64,000 bases of DNA, taken from Anthoceros angustus. Lineage: Eukaryota > Plantae > Anthocerotophyta. Position 1 is the first letter of the stretch. The number at the start of each line of letters is the position of its first letter. Shown one piece after another: positions 61,601 through 64,000 of this stretch. Location: contig MU008166.1 of the NCBI GenBank assembly GCA_010909165.1, forward strand, positions 496,001 to 560,000, written 5' to 3'. The position numbers were made by a program, and so were the translations under genes. The notes beneath the pieces are model-generated. The model was not told where the DNA came from, searched no databases, and saw nothing but the letters and a program-made list of their open reading frames with translations.

Positions 61601-64000
61601 CCCTCCGTCACGCAATTCCCAGCCTCCAGCACATGCTTCCACCTCGCCGGATCAGATCAGCCCGCAGCACCTTGATGAAGAGAGCCGTTGCTGAGCGCGT
61701 CCTCCCCCGGACCCCGCCTGCACGCGGCCGCCCCGCCCCGATTAGGGCACGACGCGCGGGAGCGGGCGCCGGAGCGGGGGCCGCAGGGGGAACGGGGAAC
61801 GGGAACCCGGAACCCGGAGCGTGAAAAGTGAGAAGTGAGATTGCGGCGGCAGCGGCAGCGGCACGGGGGCACCGTCACCCGAGCGAGCGCGGGAGAGTGA
61901 GAAGGGGACCCGGGCAAGGGGAGTGCAGTCCAGTGCCGCGCCAATGGGGCGAGGCCAGACGGAACGGAATCCAGCGGCCCTGTCAAAAGCGGGCTACGCG
62001 GCAACGGAATGGGGAAAAGGTATATTGCAGTGTGAAGGTAGAGGCAGCCGCCAGCCACGCATGCGCTGGCCACGTGCCGCCACCCGCCGGCGTGTGTCGC
62101 GAGCCTCGGGCCGGGCGGGCGGGCGGGTGGCGGGCTCTGCTTCCTGGTTCCCTTGGGTCAAAGGGCTGGGCCGAGCGGGTCAATGGGACCTGCGACGTCA
62201 GCGCTTTACAGCTTGCCAAGTACTGGGGCGTGGCGCGGCGTGGCGTGGCGTGGCCAGGAGCGGCAAGCCTTTTCCCGGTCAAGTACGCTGCAGCCGGTAC
62301 CAGGCGCATTCCATTATTTTTAAAAGCCACACCCACTTTCGTGGCGCTTCTGTAATTCCGCTCATTCTGCGCGGAGTTATGGACGGCCCAGCTGGCTGCC
62401 CAGGGCTTTTCCAACTTTTCATGCTTCCCTTCATCATCGACTCATCATTGGTTTTCGAATGCACTCCACGCTCTCAACCCATTGTTTACTCATTCCACAG
62501 CCTGTCCATTAGTTAAATTTTATTTATATATAAATAATTTTAATATGTAAGAACAACATCTTTTTAGTATGACATAGAAACAATCAAGGACATAAGCTCC
62601 CTTCACATAGTTGGTGTTTTAATTTTTTAGAGAATGATGAGAGCTTTATAAAAAAATGAATAATACAAATGAGCTTTGCACATGAGTACAAATAGAAGAG
62701 TACAAATAGAAGGGTTGTGTGGGTGAAAGAATGTGGACGGCATGAATTGGATTTGTGTGGCCAATACAGGCGTTTTATCGTTAGAGCAGAGAGGCTTAGC
62801 AGCAGCGGCATTCTAAGCCGTGGTAGCCTAGGATTCCATGGGGTGCCAAAACTTAAATGTGCCGTCATTTTTAGCAGTGCCCTTAGCTATATGTAGAGGG
62901 TCGTGCTACTCTGTACTCAGACTTTGTGCAATGAACGAGGCTGTGCTTCTAGCTCCAGGGTATCAGCCTTGTGTGTCGCTTGCTGAACATGTTGCCTTGC
63001 TGGTGTGTGCTGTGCCGAACACTCTGTTGCTGATCAGTCTTGGGTGACGGCATCCCTCCTACATGATACATTCAGGGTGAGGTAAGAGTGTTGGGAGTTG
63101 GAATGCATTGAGTGCCGGACTTCATACCCTCATAGCAGCACTTTTGGTACCATTATCATACCATACTATAGCAAGGTGAGTCCATTGTGTGAGTCTCAAC
63201 ATTCTGTTAAGAGGAATCGTGAAGTTACAGTGTCACCTGCTGTAGCAAGTGTAGGAGAGAGGGGTAAGGACCTAGCTGCATAGGTGAGTCTCTTACCTTT
63301 GTAGAAGGAAGTAGTTATCAGTGTCACGAAGAGTCCAACCCAAAGACCCTAAGCACAACACAAGGGAGAACCAGTAGCAAGCCACAACCCCACCCAATCA
63401 GCAATCAGCCGAGTTTCCTCAGCCAGAATTGAATGACGCTAAGAGCAGACAAAAACGAGGCACCAACCCTATCCAACTACCGAGCAATGACACACTTGTT
63501 ATGAATGCTTCTGAATATGGCAACCTGCTCAAGTGATATGGACTTTTGCCGAAATTCTTGGAATAGGGGAGCACCAACCTGGACCAACCTGAAACATGAT
63601 CACATTGCTCTAGCCCTAAAGCATCCACGCGATCACGCCCGATACAGGTGGACCAGGAAAGCAAGGGCTGTTAGTCTACGAGCAATACACACACAATGAC
63701 GACAAATGGCACAAAACGTTCGGATGCACAATATTGGATGAGTTAACCTGGTTACCTCAATGAGAGGAAGGGAAGATGAATTTGTGCTTACCCATTGGCA
63801 AAACATTGAAAGAGATCTTCTTAAATATTCATAGGCCTCTTTGAAATATTTCTTCTCATAGAATGTCAACTCCATAGCAACCTCTTTATTGAGATGTCTA
63901 TCTCAGCTAAAAAGATCATCCTCCTTTGTTGCCCAAATAAGATTATCTGAGGCAAGCTTCACATGATCAAGATCCTGAGCTGTCAGGAGGCTGCAAAATG

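Noticed and set aside
63050-64000. Retroelement RNase H-like relic
   Set aside because: Similarity is too weak and stop-ridden to support; the region is also cut by the window edge.

Overview
Eukaryotic nuclear DNA from a gene-dense, short-intron, non-seed land plant. A hornwort or other bryophyte/fern-grade genome is inferred from the ~60-200 nt GT-AG introns and from PLS-class PPR genes with a PGxSxWTD (WW-like) PG box. Genes I can support: TH1 (ThiD+ThiE thiamine enzyme) plus an upstream TH1 pseudogene; a Tim17/22/23 (PRAT)-family gene; an orphan Cys-rich 12-aa-repeat ORF; an AT-rich intronless pair (C-terminal SUN + WD40); a DENND6-like gene with a 1-nt frameshift; a CDPK-related kinase; tRNA-Gly(GCC); two tandem PLS-E PPR genes with decayed DYW remnants plus a PPR pseudogene fragment; COQ10; and an F-box/Kelch gene. 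The AT-rich intergenic blocks carry minisatellites, a TA-flanked MITE and transposon relics (KDZ-like, Ginger/gypsy integrase-like, LINE CCHC, RLE-clade LINE). The most unusual item is a ~225-bp, highly self-complementary dispersed element. It has a 5' hairpin, internal stems and a 3' AATAAA+(CTT)n tail, but no recognisable tRNA head or TIRs. It occurs at least six times, with fold-back ends, re-initiated tails and clustering around the tRNA gene. Next most unusual is the co-oriented, intronless SUN-WD40-Cys-repeat block. All exon boundaries and family assignments were read by eye, with no database search.
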